Origin: a virus
Taxonomy: Duplodnaviria; Caudoviricetes
DNA length: 64,000 nucleotides
IMG/VR virus record: IMGVR_UViG_3300037067_001811
Span: 1 to 64,000 of that record
Direction: 5' to 3' (one strand)
A program made the position numbers and the translations under genes. The notes under the pieces were generated by a model that searched no databases, had not been told where the DNA came from, and saw nothing but the letters and a program-made list of their open reading frames with translations. Positions 1 to 9,988 of this stretch are shown here, in pieces (position 1 is the first letter of the stretch; every line of letters starts with the position of its first letter).

Positions 1-720
1 TGGAAACTGACCAAAGAGTTCTCTCGTGGTGACGTGGTTCAAAAGATCAACGTCATTAATGGGGATCTTTCACCCTATGTTGGAACGGTAACTGCTGTCC
101 ACAAAGGCCTTGGTGTTCTCGATGTCCAGTGGCCATTTGGTAACGAACGGGTCTTCCCTGATGACGTGGTGCGTGTAGCTCCTCAGTTCATCAGGTACCT
201 CCCGCCACAGTTTGACCAGAGCTACGTCACGGTCGAGATAGAGAGGGCAAGGAAGGAAGCATCTTCTTCATCCCTCTGGAGGCAAGGATACTTCCAGCCT
301 GCCCTTTATCGAGACCTGGCGAAGCACTGGCATCGGGGTGCAAGTGAGATCATTGCCTATGATGACCTCTATCGAATCCTTGCCCCTAATGTAGATGATG
401 ATGCTCTTCGTGATGAGGTTTCGAAGTTCTACCGGTTCGCTAAGAATGCTGGTGAACTTCGAATCCAAAATCACATGGAGAAGTCAGCTGCTTACTGGGT
501 AGCTCAGAATCGTCAGTACCGAGCCACGGGGCAAGACATCAAGCTTGGAAAGCCTGCTTGCCCCAAGTGCTCCAATCGAATGAGATGGGCCACTTATAGG
601 ATGCAAGAGGGGGCCAAACACAAGGTCTTCGCCTGCCCTAAGTGCCTCTACCTTATTGATCCTGTGTCTGTACTCGGACCTACAGGTGATCCCCACAACT
701 GGCTTGGAGTGAGTCCCTAA
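1..720 (+). CDS. Hypothetical head-region protein with C-terminal Zn ribbon (probably 5'-truncated by the window edge)
   Basis: Frame is open from base 1 (WKLTKEFSRGDVVQK); CPKC...CPKC pair near the C-terminus; abuts the protease gene. Confidence 0.7.
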   Translation, partial: WKLTKEFSRGDVVQKINVINGDLSPYVGTVTAVHKGLGVLDVQWPFGNERVFPDDVVRVAPQFIRYLPPQFDQSYVTVEIERARKEASSSSLWRQGYFQPALYRDLAKHWHRGASEIIAYDDLYRILAPNVDDDALRDEVSKFYRFAKNAGELRIQNHMEKSAAYWVAQNRQYRATGQDIKLGKPACPKCSNRMRWATYRMQEGAKHKVFACPKCLYLIDPVSVLGPTGDPHNWLGVSP

Positions 721-722
721 TC

Positions 723-2378
723 ATGGGTTTCCCAAAGTACGCACGAGCTAGGGTCACTAACGCGACTGTCAACCAAGCTAATTGGGAGGACATTCGTGCG
801 AAGGCTTGCGTACCCTCACCCTCCTTTGAGCTTAGGAAAGCTTCTCAGGTTGTACTCCAGCAGTATGATCCTGGGCAGTACCTCCTCTCTCACTGCACCA
901 TCATCGCTTCGGTCGATAGTGAAGCTCCGACTGGGATGCCTACGGGCAAGCAGATGTTTGATGGTGTGCAGATTGACCGTAAGTACCCAGACTTCTACAT
1001 TACTACTGGGACCACCAAGTACATCAATAACAACAATGATGCTTGGGAGAGAAAGTTACTTCTCGCGTCTTTTCGCACGTTCATTGGTGGTGAGAACTAC
1101 GTTGAGCATATTCAAATCCCAGAGCTGTCTAAGGGCAAGATCATCGATGCCGCAGCTAGGGATATTGGAGATTCAGTTTACGTAGACATCCTGATTGCTA
1201 CCGACCGGAAGCACAAGGAGCTCATAGCTGCGATCTTAGATGGGACCCTCAGCACCCTCTCTATGGGGTGTCATGTTTCGTTCACAGTCTGTACTAAGTG
1301 CGGGAACGTAGCTGAGGATGAGACTCAACTCTGCCGTCACATTAAGTATGAGAAGGGTCAGTGGTTCGTTGATCCTTCTGGGGTGCGCCGGAAGATTGCT
1401 GAGCTGTGTGGCCACGTCAATGTAGAGCCCGGTTCAGTAAAGTTCATCGAGGGGTCTTGGGTAGCTAACCCAGCCTTCGTTGGAGCTGTCCTCAATAAGA
1501 TTCTGGACCCGAAGACTGCCCTATTAGCTGATGCAGCTAGGCAGAAGATTCAGGTTGCCTTCTCTCGTCCCATTGAAGTTTTTGACGTCAATGCGATGCA
1601 GAAGGCTGCACGGTTTGCCCCGAAGCCAGGTACTGGATACAAGGCTGTCCCAGGGGATCACCTAGCCTACCTCTATGATGGACCTTCCTTAGGGAGTCTC
1701 AAGGTGCCACCAGCTTTCTCTGGGAGTGAGAGAGCAGCTCAGGCTCTTGAGGATAGGCTTTCTCAGATTGATAGGACCTCTGAGGAAGACTTCCCGGGAG
1801 AGTCTGATCTAGCCCCTGCTCCAAGTGCAGCACCTGAGGAAAAGGATCACCCCTTTAAGAAGACCATCGATGACCTCTACAACTCGATAGTTCAAGAGGT
1901 TACTAAGAAGGTCAAGAAGGACTTAGAGGACGCAGGTAAGGATGGAGAGCAGTCCACATTAGACCCAAACAAGTCTAATGAGTCTCTCATCAAGTCTGCT
2001 CTACGGTACCCCAAGTGGGTGACTCAAGCTAAGGTAGTGACTGCTAATATCAAAGACACTAACATTGCAAAAAGTGTGTTAGCTGGCTTGATTCTACATG
2101 ACCTGGGTGGGTGGGAAGCAGTTGCTCAGGCAAAAAGATTTAGCGGACGTGAGATTCTTGTTATGTGTCGTCTTCTGGAGAGGGCAACTAAGAAGTCCTC
2201 TTCCGCAGGTGACACTCGGATGTACATGACCGTTATCGCAGTAGGCGGAACGGGACCATATCCAAATGTAGATGATTACCTTACTGCTTGTAGTGAGGTA
2301 ATGGGACGAACCCCAATAGTTTCCGAGAGAGCTCAACTGATCGAAAAAGGTAAGTTGTTCTCCCTCGGTACCCGATGA
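723..2378 (+). CDS. Prohead (capsid maturation) protease with Zn-binding insertion
   Basis: HK97-type protease pattern: NYVEH (His), TLSMGC (Ser), FIEGSWVANPA; CTKCG..LCRH; lies directly upstream of scaffold and capsid genes. Confidence 0.75.
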   Translation: MGFPKYARARVTNATVNQANWEDIRAKACVPSPSFELRKASQVVLQQYDPGQYLLSHCTIIASVDSEAPTGMPTGKQMFDGVQIDRKYPDFYITTGTTKYINNNNDAWERKLLLASFRTFIGGENYVEHIQIPELSKGKIIDAAARDIGDSVYVDILIATDRKHKELIAAILDGTLSTLSMGCHVSFTVCTKCGNVAEDETQLCRHIKYEKGQWFVDPSGVRRKIAELCGHVNVEPGSVKFIEGSWVANPAFVGAVLNKILDPKTALLADAARQKIQVAFSRPIEVFDVNAMQKAARFAPKPGTGYKAVPGDHLAYLYDGPSLGSLKVPPAFSGSERAAQALEDRLSQIDRTSEEDFPGESDLAPAPSAAPEEKDHPFKKTIDDLYNSIVQEVTKKVKKDLEDAGKDGEQSTLDPNKSNESLIKSALRYPKWVTQAKVVTANIKDTNIAKSVLAGLILHDLGGWEAVAQAKRFSGREILVMCRLLERATKKSSSAGDTRMYMTVIAVGGTGPYPNVDDYLTACSEVMGRTPIVSERAQLIEKGKLFSLGTR

Positions 2379-2387
2379 AGCTTTTAT
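2376..2387 (+). promoter_or_regulatory. Putative phage late promoter motif (TGAAGCTTTTAT)
   Basis: One of about 10 aligned copies upstream of genes (see findings). Confidence 0.5.
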
Positions 2388-2421
2388 ACGCCTACTCGAT
2401 AGCAAGAAAGGGATCACATCC

Positions 2422-3771
2422 ATGACCCGCGAGCGCAGTACCTGGAACATCAACCATATCGCCAAGCAGGCGGGTCTCAAGGTTGCCGACCCGTACACCA
2501 TGAACAACCCCGAACACGCTCAGCAGCAGCCCGCCGCTGATGCTTACGTGATCGGAGACCCTTCGGACTTCGCTGAGGACGTTCACCCCTCGGCTGGTAC
2601 TTGGGAGTCGGAGTACTCAGGTGGTCAAGTCAAGAGGAATGAGATCGGGATGCCGGAGATGAGGGGTGATACCTTCAACCATCCTGAGAAGACTGCCTCT
2701 AAAGAGGTTCTCACCAAGAAGGCTGCCCTCTGTGTAGCCATCGCCCGTGCCATCCTCCCCAAGACTGCTTCGAACGTTGACGTTGAAGAGCAGTCCATCT
2801 CTTTCATGCACCTCCCCGATTCCGAGGTCATGTCGACCTATACTCGCCTTGCTTCACAGCAAGAGGATCAGGGTCAGCAGGATGAAGGTCAGAAGCAAGC
2901 TCAGGATCAGCAAGCTCAGGCTCAGCAGGATCAGGAGAAGCAGGCTGGTAAGATCCCTCCTCAGTTCCTCGAGAACGTCAAGAAGAAGCAAGAGGAAGCC
3001 AAGGACGGCGACAAGGATCAGGGCAAGCAAGCTCAGGATCAACAGGAGCAGGATCAGGGCAAGCAGGATCAGGGCAAGCAAGCTCAAGATCAGCAGGATC
3101 AGCAGCAGGTTCAGGCTGCTCAGCAGGATCAGCAGGCTCAGGGCCAAGACGTTCAGGCAGCTATGCAGCAGCAACTGGCTCAGTTGATCCAGCAGGCTCA
3201 GCAACAGCTTCAGCAGTTGGCTGGTCAGCAGCAACAGGCTCCTCAGGTTCAGGTTGCTCAGATGCAGCAACAGAGTGCGGCTCAGCAGGTTGCTCAGGCA
3301 GTTCAGCAAGCCGTCGCTCAGGGTCAGGATCCAGTTGAGGCTTGTGCAAAAGCAATGGCACAGGGTCAGCAGATTCAGCAGCAGGGTAATGATGGTGAGC
3401 TCATCGATCAGATGTTGGCTCAGCAGACCCAGCAGCAGTCTCCAATGGCCAACATGGACATCGAACTCGACACTCCCACTATGGATGTCGGCGAAGTTCA
3501 ACTCGGGCCAGAGGACGACATGCTTCGTTCGCTGTTCGCTAATGATGAGACTCAGCAAGCTGAGCAGGCCCAAGATGGTGGCCAGCAGAAGCAAGCTCAC
3601 GCCGTCCGCACTGCCTCAACGAGGACAGTGGGTACGATTCCAACCCAGGGTGTCAGTCGTATCGGTGGAGGCTCAACAGCTTCTTCAACTGGTTCTGGTG
3701 ACAAACTGGCTTCCATCTGGAGTTCAGCTCCAGACGTAAGGGAAGCATTCGGCATCCCCACTAATCGTTGA
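2422..3771 (+). CDS. Capsid scaffolding protein, Q-rich
   Basis: Lies between protease and capsid genes; low-complexity Q/A/D-rich, helical; many KxA motifs; SD-like AAGGGA. Confidence 0.7.
   Translation: MTRERSTWNINHIAKQAGLKVADPYTMNNPEHAQQQPAADAYVIGDPSDFAEDVHPSAGTWESEYSGGQVKRNEIGMPEMRGDTFNHPEKTASKEVLTKKAALCVAIARAILPKTASNVDVEEQSISFMHLPDSEVMSTYTRLASQQEDQGQQDEGQKQAQDQQAQAQQDQEKQAGKIPPQFLENVKKKQEEAKDGDKDQGKQAQDQQEQDQGKQDQGKQAQDQQDQQQVQAAQQDQQAQGQDVQAAMQQQLAQLIQQAQQQLQQLAGQQQQAPQVQVAQMQQQSAAQQVAQAVQQAVAQGQDPVEACAKAMAQGQQIQQQGNDGELIDQMLAQQTQQQSPMANMDIELDTPTMDVGEVQLGPEDDMLRSLFANDETQQAEQAQDGGQQKQAHAVRTASTRTVGTIPTQGVSRIGGGSTASSTGSGDKLASIWSSAPDVREAFGIPTNR
2857..3440 (+). repeat. Low-complexity CAG-rich repeats (QDQGKQAQ units) in the scaffold
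   Basis: Repeated caggatcagggcaagcaagctcag units. Confidence 0.85.
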
Positions 3772-3906
3772 GTACGTTTTGGTAAGTGAGGGGTGAGCCC
3801 TAGTGACTCACTCCTCCTGCCGAACAAGCTCCTTCAGTCTCACGACTGCATAAATGTAGATGAAGATGAAGTTGACTCACTTTGACCCTTCAGGAGCAAG
3901 AATAAC

Positions 3907-4536
3907 ATGCCCATGTACGGACAAAGCTCGGGTGACTTCAGGGAAACTAGTGGTCGTGTTCAGTTGTTCCATGTTGTAACCCGCAATTCTGTGGGTGCCT
4001 TGGCAGCAGACGCTTTCACTCAGCTCAACCCTGCGCTCATCACAGCTGCAGCAGCAAAAAGCACGACCCTAGCCAGCATCACCAAGGTTGGTGTTCTCGG
4101 AGGATCGGTTGCTTTCACCCGACCCTCAGGCAACAACCTCATCGGTGGACCGCCTGGAACCCCGGGTGCGCACAACACCAACCTCACCAACCTCGTCACT
4201 GGTGCAAGGCCCCTCGGCATCTTCATCAATGACGCAGCTGGCAATGCCTACGAGAATACTCCCGGACCAGCTTCTGGTCGTGGACCGTACGTCTCGGGCT
4301 CAGGTTCCTGTGTGGGTGTGTCCATCTACGAAACTCAGAGCCAAGCCACGGATGCAAACCTGACTTGGGCTGTTGGAAACCTTGTGTACGCAAGTGCAAA
4401 CGGTCTCCTCACTAACCTCATCGCAGAGGCTTACGAGTACTTGGCGGGAAGTACTACAACCGTAACCGTGATCGGCGTTGTCAAGGCAGTTCCGAACTCC
4501 GACACCCCCATGCTCGTGATCGATCTTCGGATCTGA
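3907..4536 (+). CDS. Capsid decoration/cement protein
   Basis: Immediately upstream of the MCP; G/A/T-rich beta protein with GNLVYASANGLLT and VIGVV; SD AGGAG. Confidence 0.6.
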   Translation: MPMYGQSSGDFRETSGRVQLFHVVTRNSVGALAADAFTQLNPALITAAAAKSTTLASITKVGVLGGSVAFTRPSGNNLIGGPPGTPGAHNTNLTNLVTGARPLGIFINDAAGNAYENTPGPASGRGPYVSGSGSCVGVSIYETQSQATDANLTWAVGNLVYASANGLLTNLIAEAYEYLAGSTTTVTVIGVVKAVPNSDTPMLVIDLRI

Positions 4537-4562
4537 TCGAAGAAAGGACAAGGACCACGAAC

Positions 4563-5432
4563 ATGGTATCCAACGAAATTAAGCAGCAGATCATCAGTGA
4601 GTACATCAAGACCGCAGCTGGCCGAGCCAAGCTTGCAGCCTCGATGATTCAGCCTCTTCGTCTTCGAAGGGATTACACGGCTGTGGGTCGTAAGACCTTC
4701 CTCGTGGAGCAACTTCCCGACGGAGCACTCCCGATCTACGACAAGGATCCCGATGTCACCGCCTACGTGGTTGGTGAAGAGGGTGAAAACATCCTTGCCA
4801 TCCAGAAGCCCCGTAGGGTCATCTTCCCGTTGTTCGAGATTGCCTCGAACCCCGAGATCCCCCTCACCCAGATCAAGGAGCGTCGCTTCGATCTGATCGA
4901 GCGTGCTCAGGATTTGGCGAAGGCTCAGATCCAGGCTGCTGAGGACGAGCGTGTGTTTGCGGTTCTGGACAGCATTGCTGTCTCGGGCTTCGACACCCTC
5001 CCCCAGACGAACCCCGACATCAACGTGGTTGCTCCAATCAGCCCAAGCGTCCTAGCGGATGCCTTTGCTGAGGTGGAACGTCACGACCTCCGCGTTGCCA
5101 GGATCTACATGAATGCGACGGACTATGCGGATATCCGCAAGTTCGGTCGTGACATCCTGGACATCGAGAGCCAAGCCGTTCTACTCAAGACTGGTCTGCA
5201 AGCGAACCTCTGGGGCGCTCAGATCATCACGAGTCGTTTGGTTCCTGCTGGCTTCGTGTACATCGCGGCGGAGCCTGAGAACTTCGGTCGCTTCCCGGTC
5301 CGTACGGAGTTGACGGTGCTTTCGGCCGACGACCCTAAGGCGAGGACGATTGGGTTCAGCTGCTTTGAAAATGTCGGCATAGGCGCATTCAACCCACGTG
5401 GACTTACACGTCTGCTTGTTACTCGCGTCTAA
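4563..5432 (+). CDS. Major capsid protein (HK97 fold)
   Basis: GRAKLAASMIQPLR..DY..VGRKTFLVEQLPDGALPIYDKD N-terminus typical of large-myovirus MCPs; strong C-ending codon bias; followed by a terminator-like hairpin. Confidence 0.85.
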   Translation: MVSNEIKQQIISEYIKTAAGRAKLAASMIQPLRLRRDYTAVGRKTFLVEQLPDGALPIYDKDPDVTAYVVGEEGENILAIQKPRRVIFPLFEIASNPEIPLTQIKERRFDLIERAQDLAKAQIQAAEDERVFAVLDSIAVSGFDTLPQTNPDINVVAPISPSVLADAFAEVERHDLRVARIYMNATDYADIRKFGRDILDIESQAVLLKTGLQANLWGAQIITSRLVPAGFVYIAAEPENFGRFPVRTELTVLSADDPKARTIGFSCFENVGIGAFNPRGLTRLLVTRV

Positions 5433-5453
5433 GCCTAACTAGGCTAGATTGAT

Positions 5454-5494
5454 GAAGGCCGGGTTTCCGAAAGGACTCCCGGCCTTCTCGTATT
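5454..5494 (+). terminator. Probable intrinsic terminator after the MCP
   Basis: gaaggccggg...cccggccttc stem with GAAA-capped inner hairpin; weak U tract. Confidence 0.65.
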
Positions 5495-5518
5495 AAAGCT
5501 CCATTAGTACCCGGGTCA

Positions 5519-5546
5519 TTGACACCTCAAAACTTCATGGTACGGT
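5519..5546 (+). promoter_or_regulatory. sigma70-like promoter giving a leaderless mRNA
   Basis: TTGACA-16 nt-TACGGT with TG extension; ATG 5 nt downstream. Confidence 0.6.
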
Positions 5547-5551
5547 TTAGC

Positions 5552-6487
5552 ATGAAGCTCGTACCTTGTCCAATCTCTGAAGCTGAACTCCGAACTTTAT
5601 ACCTGGAGACCAAGCTTACAGATTCCGAAATCGCTACTCAGGTGGGTTGCCCTCTGAAACATATTCGTCGATGGCGACACCGTTGGGGAATTGAGACTAT
5701 CTGCCGTACTGAACGACACGAGGTATTGCCAATTGAGGGTCGACTTCGATCTGTTCTTGTGGGTTCAATGCTTGGGGATGGTAGGATCTCAAAGAGCACT
5801 CATGTTGCTCGTTACATGGAGAACCATGCTGAGGATCAGAGGGACTACTTGGAGTGGAAGAGTAAGGAATGGGGTTCTTGGGTTCAACTAGGGTTGAGGC
5901 CCGTAACCTGGACTCTTCAAGGTGAAGAGTATGATGGGTGGAGATTTGAGACTGTTTCTCATTCAATTATGCTCTCATGGCATGAGTTGTTCTACCCAGA
6001 TCCAGGACCAAAGCAGCTTCACCCTCAAGTGGTAGACCTAGTTGATACTCTCGCTCTTGCGATCTGGTTCATGGATGATGGGTCATCTGGGTGGTGGCCT
6101 CGCATTACCTTTGGTATGAGACCTGAGAGCCGGGAGGTAGCTATAGCTATTCTCCGTAAGTTTAATCTCAACCCTAAGTGGGACCTGAAGAAGGATCCAA
6201 CGGGAGAGTTCATCTTCGAGGGTGAGGATCAGGCTCACCTTTTCATATCTTTGGTGAAGCCACATATGCCTGAGTGTATGCTCCACAAGCTTAACTTCGG
6301 GTTTCAGGGTGAGCAGTATCAGATCCGTCAAGTCTTGACTGAAGGAGTACTGAGAGAGTTAGCTTCTAAGGGGGTACCCATCAAAAGGATGGCCAAGATG
6401 CTAGGGGAGTCTACTACTACTGTCGATCGTCACCTTAAGAAGCATGGGATCGAGCACCCGAGGAAAGTTGGGCGACCTTCGACTTGA
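5552..6487 (+). CDS. Free-standing LAGLIDADG homing endonuclease with N- and C-terminal HTH
   Basis: VLVGSMLGDG and LAIWFMDDG motifs; start moved from the ORF-track TTG (5519, which is the -35 box) to ATG 5552. Confidence 0.85.
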   Translation: MKLVPCPISEAELRTLYLETKLTDSEIATQVGCPLKHIRRWRHRWGIETICRTERHEVLPIEGRLRSVLVGSMLGDGRISKSTHVARYMENHAEDQRDYLEWKSKEWGSWVQLGLRPVTWTLQGEEYDGWRFETVSHSIMLSWHELFYPDPGPKQLHPQVVDLVDTLALAIWFMDDGSSGWWPRITFGMRPESREVAIAILRKFNLNPKWDLKKDPTGEFIFEGEDQAHLFISLVKPHMPECMLHKLNFGFQGEQYQIRQVLTEGVLRELASKGVPIKRMAKMLGESTTTVDRHLKKHGIEHPRKVGRPST

Positions 6488-6582
6488 AGCCAGTAGTTCT
6501 TAGTTTTGACTCATCGGTCATACCGGGAACCTACTGAAACTTTCTTCTACTGCCAAGTAAACGTTCCATGCTAACCTAGGGT

Positions 6583-8886
6583 ATGTCCGAACTTACGGAG
6601 CCTGAGCTTCGAAGGCTGTACCTTGAAGAGGGTCTACCTGAATCCAAGATTGGACTCCTCTACGGGTTGAGTCAGAGGCAAGTGAATCTTCGACGTTCGA
6701 AGTATCAGATCCCAACTATTCAGAAGGCAGATCGACTGAAACTTCCACCTCTAACACCTATACAGCGATCCCTACTTCTGGGTTCATTGTTAGGGGATGC
6801 GGGACTGACGTCTCGTAGTAATTGTACTTCCAGCCTTTGTGAGTATCACTCGGATAGTCAGCAAGAGTATCTCGAGTGGAAAGCTAGTCTTTGGGGCGCT
6901 CACCTTTGCTCGATTAAGCCAGCAAGATCAGTAAAGGGAGGGGTAGTTTATACAGGGTCTCGGATGACTACTCATAGTTCTCGGGACTTGTACACTTATT
7001 GGTTACAGGCTTACCCAGATAAGTCTGGGAATAAGTCATTCTCTGGGTTGGATCTATCTGACTTTGACGCCTTCTCACTAGCTGTATGGTTCTTAGATGA
7101 TGGATCAAAAACTTCTAATGGATATGTTCGCTTCTCCGTTTCACCAAGACCTGAGGACCAACAAGTCCAACTCTGCTTGTTGAGGAGGTTCGGACTTACT
7201 CCTGTAGTACACAAGAATCCAGACCCTGATATATGGCTTCATGACCGGGGAAGTGTCACTAAGTTCCTAGATCTAGTTGGTCCTCATATTCCAAGTTCCA
7301 TGGGTTACAAGTTAGAGTTGGTCCCTAGAACCCGAGGTTTGCTTCCTACTGAAGTCCTGGAAGCTAGGCTTAGTGAGTATGTTGAACAGGGGCGCAACCT
7401 AGAGTGGATCTCTCAAGCAACGGGATCCTCATTTGATTCCGTTCGTCGAATGGTCAAGAGGGACGGGTTGAGGGTCCAACCTTCAGTGTCCACACCTACT
7501 TGGGATGAAGCTAAGGACTTGGTTAGATCAGGAACTCAGGGTGAGGACTTGGTTGAGTTGCTAACCTCTATCGGGTTACCACCCTCTCCTTCAGAGTCAG
7601 ATGTTACTCGTGACTTTGACAACTTGTGCGCTCGAACCTTAGCTACCCTGACAGATGGTGTTATTGAAGGTGGGGGTAGAGTAGGGCTGACTGTCTGCCA
7701 GGCTGCTTTTCCTCACCGAATTGAAGCTACTAATGGCCAACAAGAATCCCTTGCAAGGGCTTGGTTCAACCCAGAGATGATTCGGAGGGCTATAGCTTTT
7801 CAAGTTAGGGTTGGGGACCCTCTTTACCCAATGAATGTGTTTAGGGCCCTTCGAGCCATAGTGATGACTCCTTCCAACTTTCGACCCGCAGTTGCCAAGA
7901 GGTTGGTTGAAGAGTTCTCTCCAGAGGGCGGGGTTATTTTGGACCCTTGTGCCGGTTACGGAGGCAGAGCTGTAGGGGTTCTTGCAGCTGGGCGTAGGTA
8001 CATTGGAGCAGATCCTCACCCCAAAGCTGAAGCTTCCTTCCAAATACTTCGCCAATCGTTGAATAGAGATCTGACTTTCTACAATCAACCGTTTGAGGAG
8101 GTTGATCTAGGCGATCTACAGGCTGATTTAGTACTTACTAGTCCGCCCTACTTTTCTGCTGAACGATACGCTAATGACCCTACTCAAAGTTGGGTTCGGT
8201 ATCCAACTTGGGACCTTTGGTTGAGTAGGTTTCTTTCAGTACTCCTGGCTAAGTCGTTCAATCATCTAGCCCCTGGGGGTAGGATGCTTCTCAATGTTGC
8301 GGATGTTCAAGTAGAGGGTAAGTCCTATCCCTTGGTTAGTGAGTCAATCAGGTTAGCTGAGTCTGTGGGTTTCCTTTATGGGGGATCCATCGCTATGAGG
8401 CTGGCTTCGTTTGGTAGTCGACGAAGAGAGGAGCCAATCCTAGTTTTCTTGAAGCCTGGGGGGTCATGTCAGATCCCTCGCTACATACTACCGAGGGCTC
8501 CTTTACCCTCTGAGGCATGTACTACGAAGATTTCTGGCCTGACAGAGGAGGCTCTTAGAGCCTTGTATGAGGTTGATCTTCTCACTGATGCAGAGATTGG
8601 TAAGCGGTTCGGAACTTCGGACGTACTGATCTCTCAACAACGAAAGCGATGGGGGATTACCACTCTCAGCTTCACTCAAAGGAGTGCCAGGGCATTCGGG
8701 AGCTTGTCCCTTGGGGACTTGACTAAAGACAAGCTTTCAGAGTTGTACCTGAAGAATAGTGATGACCAGATAGCTAGGTTGTACAGTGTTTCTAAGGTAG
8801 CGATTCGAAATCTTCGTCACAAGTGGGGGGTTGAGACAATCTCGAAGACCATCAGGGCTCAGAGTGGGTGCTATCGAAAGACCTGA
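6583..8886 (+). CDS. LAGLIDADG endonuclease fused to an amino (m6A/m4C) DNA methyltransferase, with HTH repeats
   Basis: LLGSLLGDA and LAVWFLDDG; then SNFRP, ILDPCAGYGGR (SAM motif I) and DLVLTSPPYF (motif IV); HTH-like repeats at both ends. Confidence 0.85.
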   Translation: MSELTEPELRRLYLEEGLPESKIGLLYGLSQRQVNLRRSKYQIPTIQKADRLKLPPLTPIQRSLLLGSLLGDAGLTSRSNCTSSLCEYHSDSQQEYLEWKASLWGAHLCSIKPARSVKGGVVYTGSRMTTHSSRDLYTYWLQAYPDKSGNKSFSGLDLSDFDAFSLAVWFLDDGSKTSNGYVRFSVSPRPEDQQVQLCLLRRFGLTPVVHKNPDPDIWLHDRGSVTKFLDLVGPHIPSSMGYKLELVPRTRGLLPTEVLEARLSEYVEQGRNLEWISQATGSSFDSVRRMVKRDGLRVQPSVSTPTWDEAKDLVRSGTQGEDLVELLTSIGLPPSPSESDVTRDFDNLCARTLATLTDGVIEGGGRVGLTVCQAAFPHRIEATNGQQESLARAWFNPEMIRRAIAFQVRVGDPLYPMNVFRALRAIVMTPSNFRPAVAKRLVEEFSPEGGVILDPCAGYGGRAVGVLAAGRRYIGADPHPKAEASFQILRQSLNRDLTFYNQPFEEVDLGDLQADLVLTSPPYFSAERYANDPTQSWVRYPTWDLWLSRFLSVLLAKSFNHLAPGGRMLLNVADVQVEGKSYPLVSESIRLAESVGFLYGGSIAMRLASFGSRRREEPILVFLKPGGSCQIPRYILPRAPLPSEACTTKISGLTEEALRALYEVDLLTDAEIGKRFGTSDVLISQQRKRWGITTLSFTQRSARAFGSLSLGDLTKDKLSELYLKNSDDQIARLYSVSKVAIRNLRHKWGVETISKTIRAQSGCYRKT

Positions 8887-8924
8887 TCCGGCGCCACTCC
8901 GACCTTTTGACCGAGTGTTTCCAG

Positions 8925-8964
8925 AAGTTCCCTGGAGGGCCAAGCTCCTCTAGGGAACTTTTTT
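8925..8964 (+). terminator. Intrinsic terminator
   Basis: aagttccctggagg...cctctagggaactt followed by a T run. Confidence 0.8.
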
Positions 8965-9021
8965 CGTTCAAAACGATCTGAGTCAAGAAAAAAGGACCTG
9001 CTCCCGGTGTACTTCGAGGGC

Positions 9022-9444
9022 ATGAGTGCTTTCAACTCTCTGGCTTCAGCTCTCCACCTACTTGGGAAGTCGATTGATCCTAATTCGATTACCAAAGTGG
9101 TCATGACCTTCGAACATGTCCCTTCGGACTTGATTGGAGTGTTGGAAGGTGAGTGGCACCTTCAGGTAATACTGACGGGTACCAAGGGCCTGAGTGAAGA
9201 GGGTGTTCAATTAGGGTACACAAGAGAGTTTGGTGGCTCTGGTATGACAGAAGAGGTTGCCTTCAAAGAGGTCGCTAATCTTGTCAAGGGAGAAATCAAA
9301 AACTTCTTGCACCTTAGAGAAGAAGAGACTAAGTTTGCGGAGCAGGCGATGATGACGGTTTGCAGTGAGCAAAATCCAGACCTCGCCTCTATGTGGCCCA
9401 GTACTGATGCCAGTGGGACTGTGGAACCTAGCTCAGAGACCTAA
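9022..9444 (+). CDS. Hypothetical protein
   Basis: ORF; ATG 9022 lies 10 nt after a GGTGTA motif. Confidence 0.6.
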   Translation: MSAFNSLASALHLLGKSIDPNSITKVVMTFEHVPSDLIGVLEGEWHLQVILTGTKGLSEEGVQLGYTREFGGSGMTEEVAFKEVANLVKGEIKNFLHLREEETKFAEQAMMTVCSEQNPDLASMWPSTDASGTVEPSSET

Positions 9445-9564
9445 ACAAGGCTCTGTTTTAGGGACTATTAGCCAACTTGTGTAGTTACTTGGGTAAACTA
9501 AGGCACCACGTAGAGTGTGCCTTCAGATCCTAATAAATCAGAATCAGAAGGAAGTCGTATTACC

Positions 9565-9921
9565 ATGACCAAGACTCAGCTCATCAATGCCGTCGCCGCC
9601 GAGATGGAAAACACCACCAAGACTCACGTCCGAGCCTTCCTCGAGGCAGTGACTACGGTTGCAGGTAAGACCCTCAAGAAGGAGGGCAAGTTTGTCCTTC
9701 CTGGTGTGGTCAAGTTCGTGTTGGTTAAGGTTCCGCCGAAGGCTGCTCGTACAGCTAGGAATCCTGCCACTGGTGCTGCCATGACGGTTCCTGCAAAGCC
9801 CGCTTCGAAGAAGCTCAAGGCTCGTTTCCTCAAGGCCATCAAGGTCGATACTGGCGTGATCATTCCTGAGAGTAAGCCCGCCGTCGCCAAGAAGGCCTCG
9901 AAGAAGGCTGCGAAGGAGTAA
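9565..9921 (+). CDS. hup: HU family DNA-binding protein with K/A-rich tail
   Basis: MTKTQLINAVA...ARTARNPATG...VPAK; SD AAGGA upstream of ATG 9565. Confidence 0.9.
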   Translation: MTKTQLINAVAAEMENTTKTHVRAFLEAVTTVAGKTLKKEGKFVLPGVVKFVLVKVPPKAARTARNPATGAAMTVPAKPASKKLKARFLKAIKVDTGVIIPESKPAVAKKASKKAAKE

Positions 9922-9943
9922 CCTAGTCCTAAGGGACGGTACT

Positions 9944-9988
9944 GAATGCCGTGAGTCGAGTGTATCTCGATTCACGGCATTCTAGTTT
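9944..9988 (+). terminator. Long hairpin, probable terminator after HU
   Basis: gaatgccgtgagtcgag/ctcgattcacggcattc stem. Confidence 0.6.

Noticed and set aside
2376-2388. TTTATA motifs as archaeal TATA boxes
   Set aside because: Bacterial HU, SD sequences and TTGACA-type promoters indicate a bacterial host
4563-5432. Encapsulin shell with ferritin cargo, or a contractile injection system instead of a phage
   Set aside because: Protease, scaffold, neck, sheath, tube and tape measure together indicate a complete tailed phage
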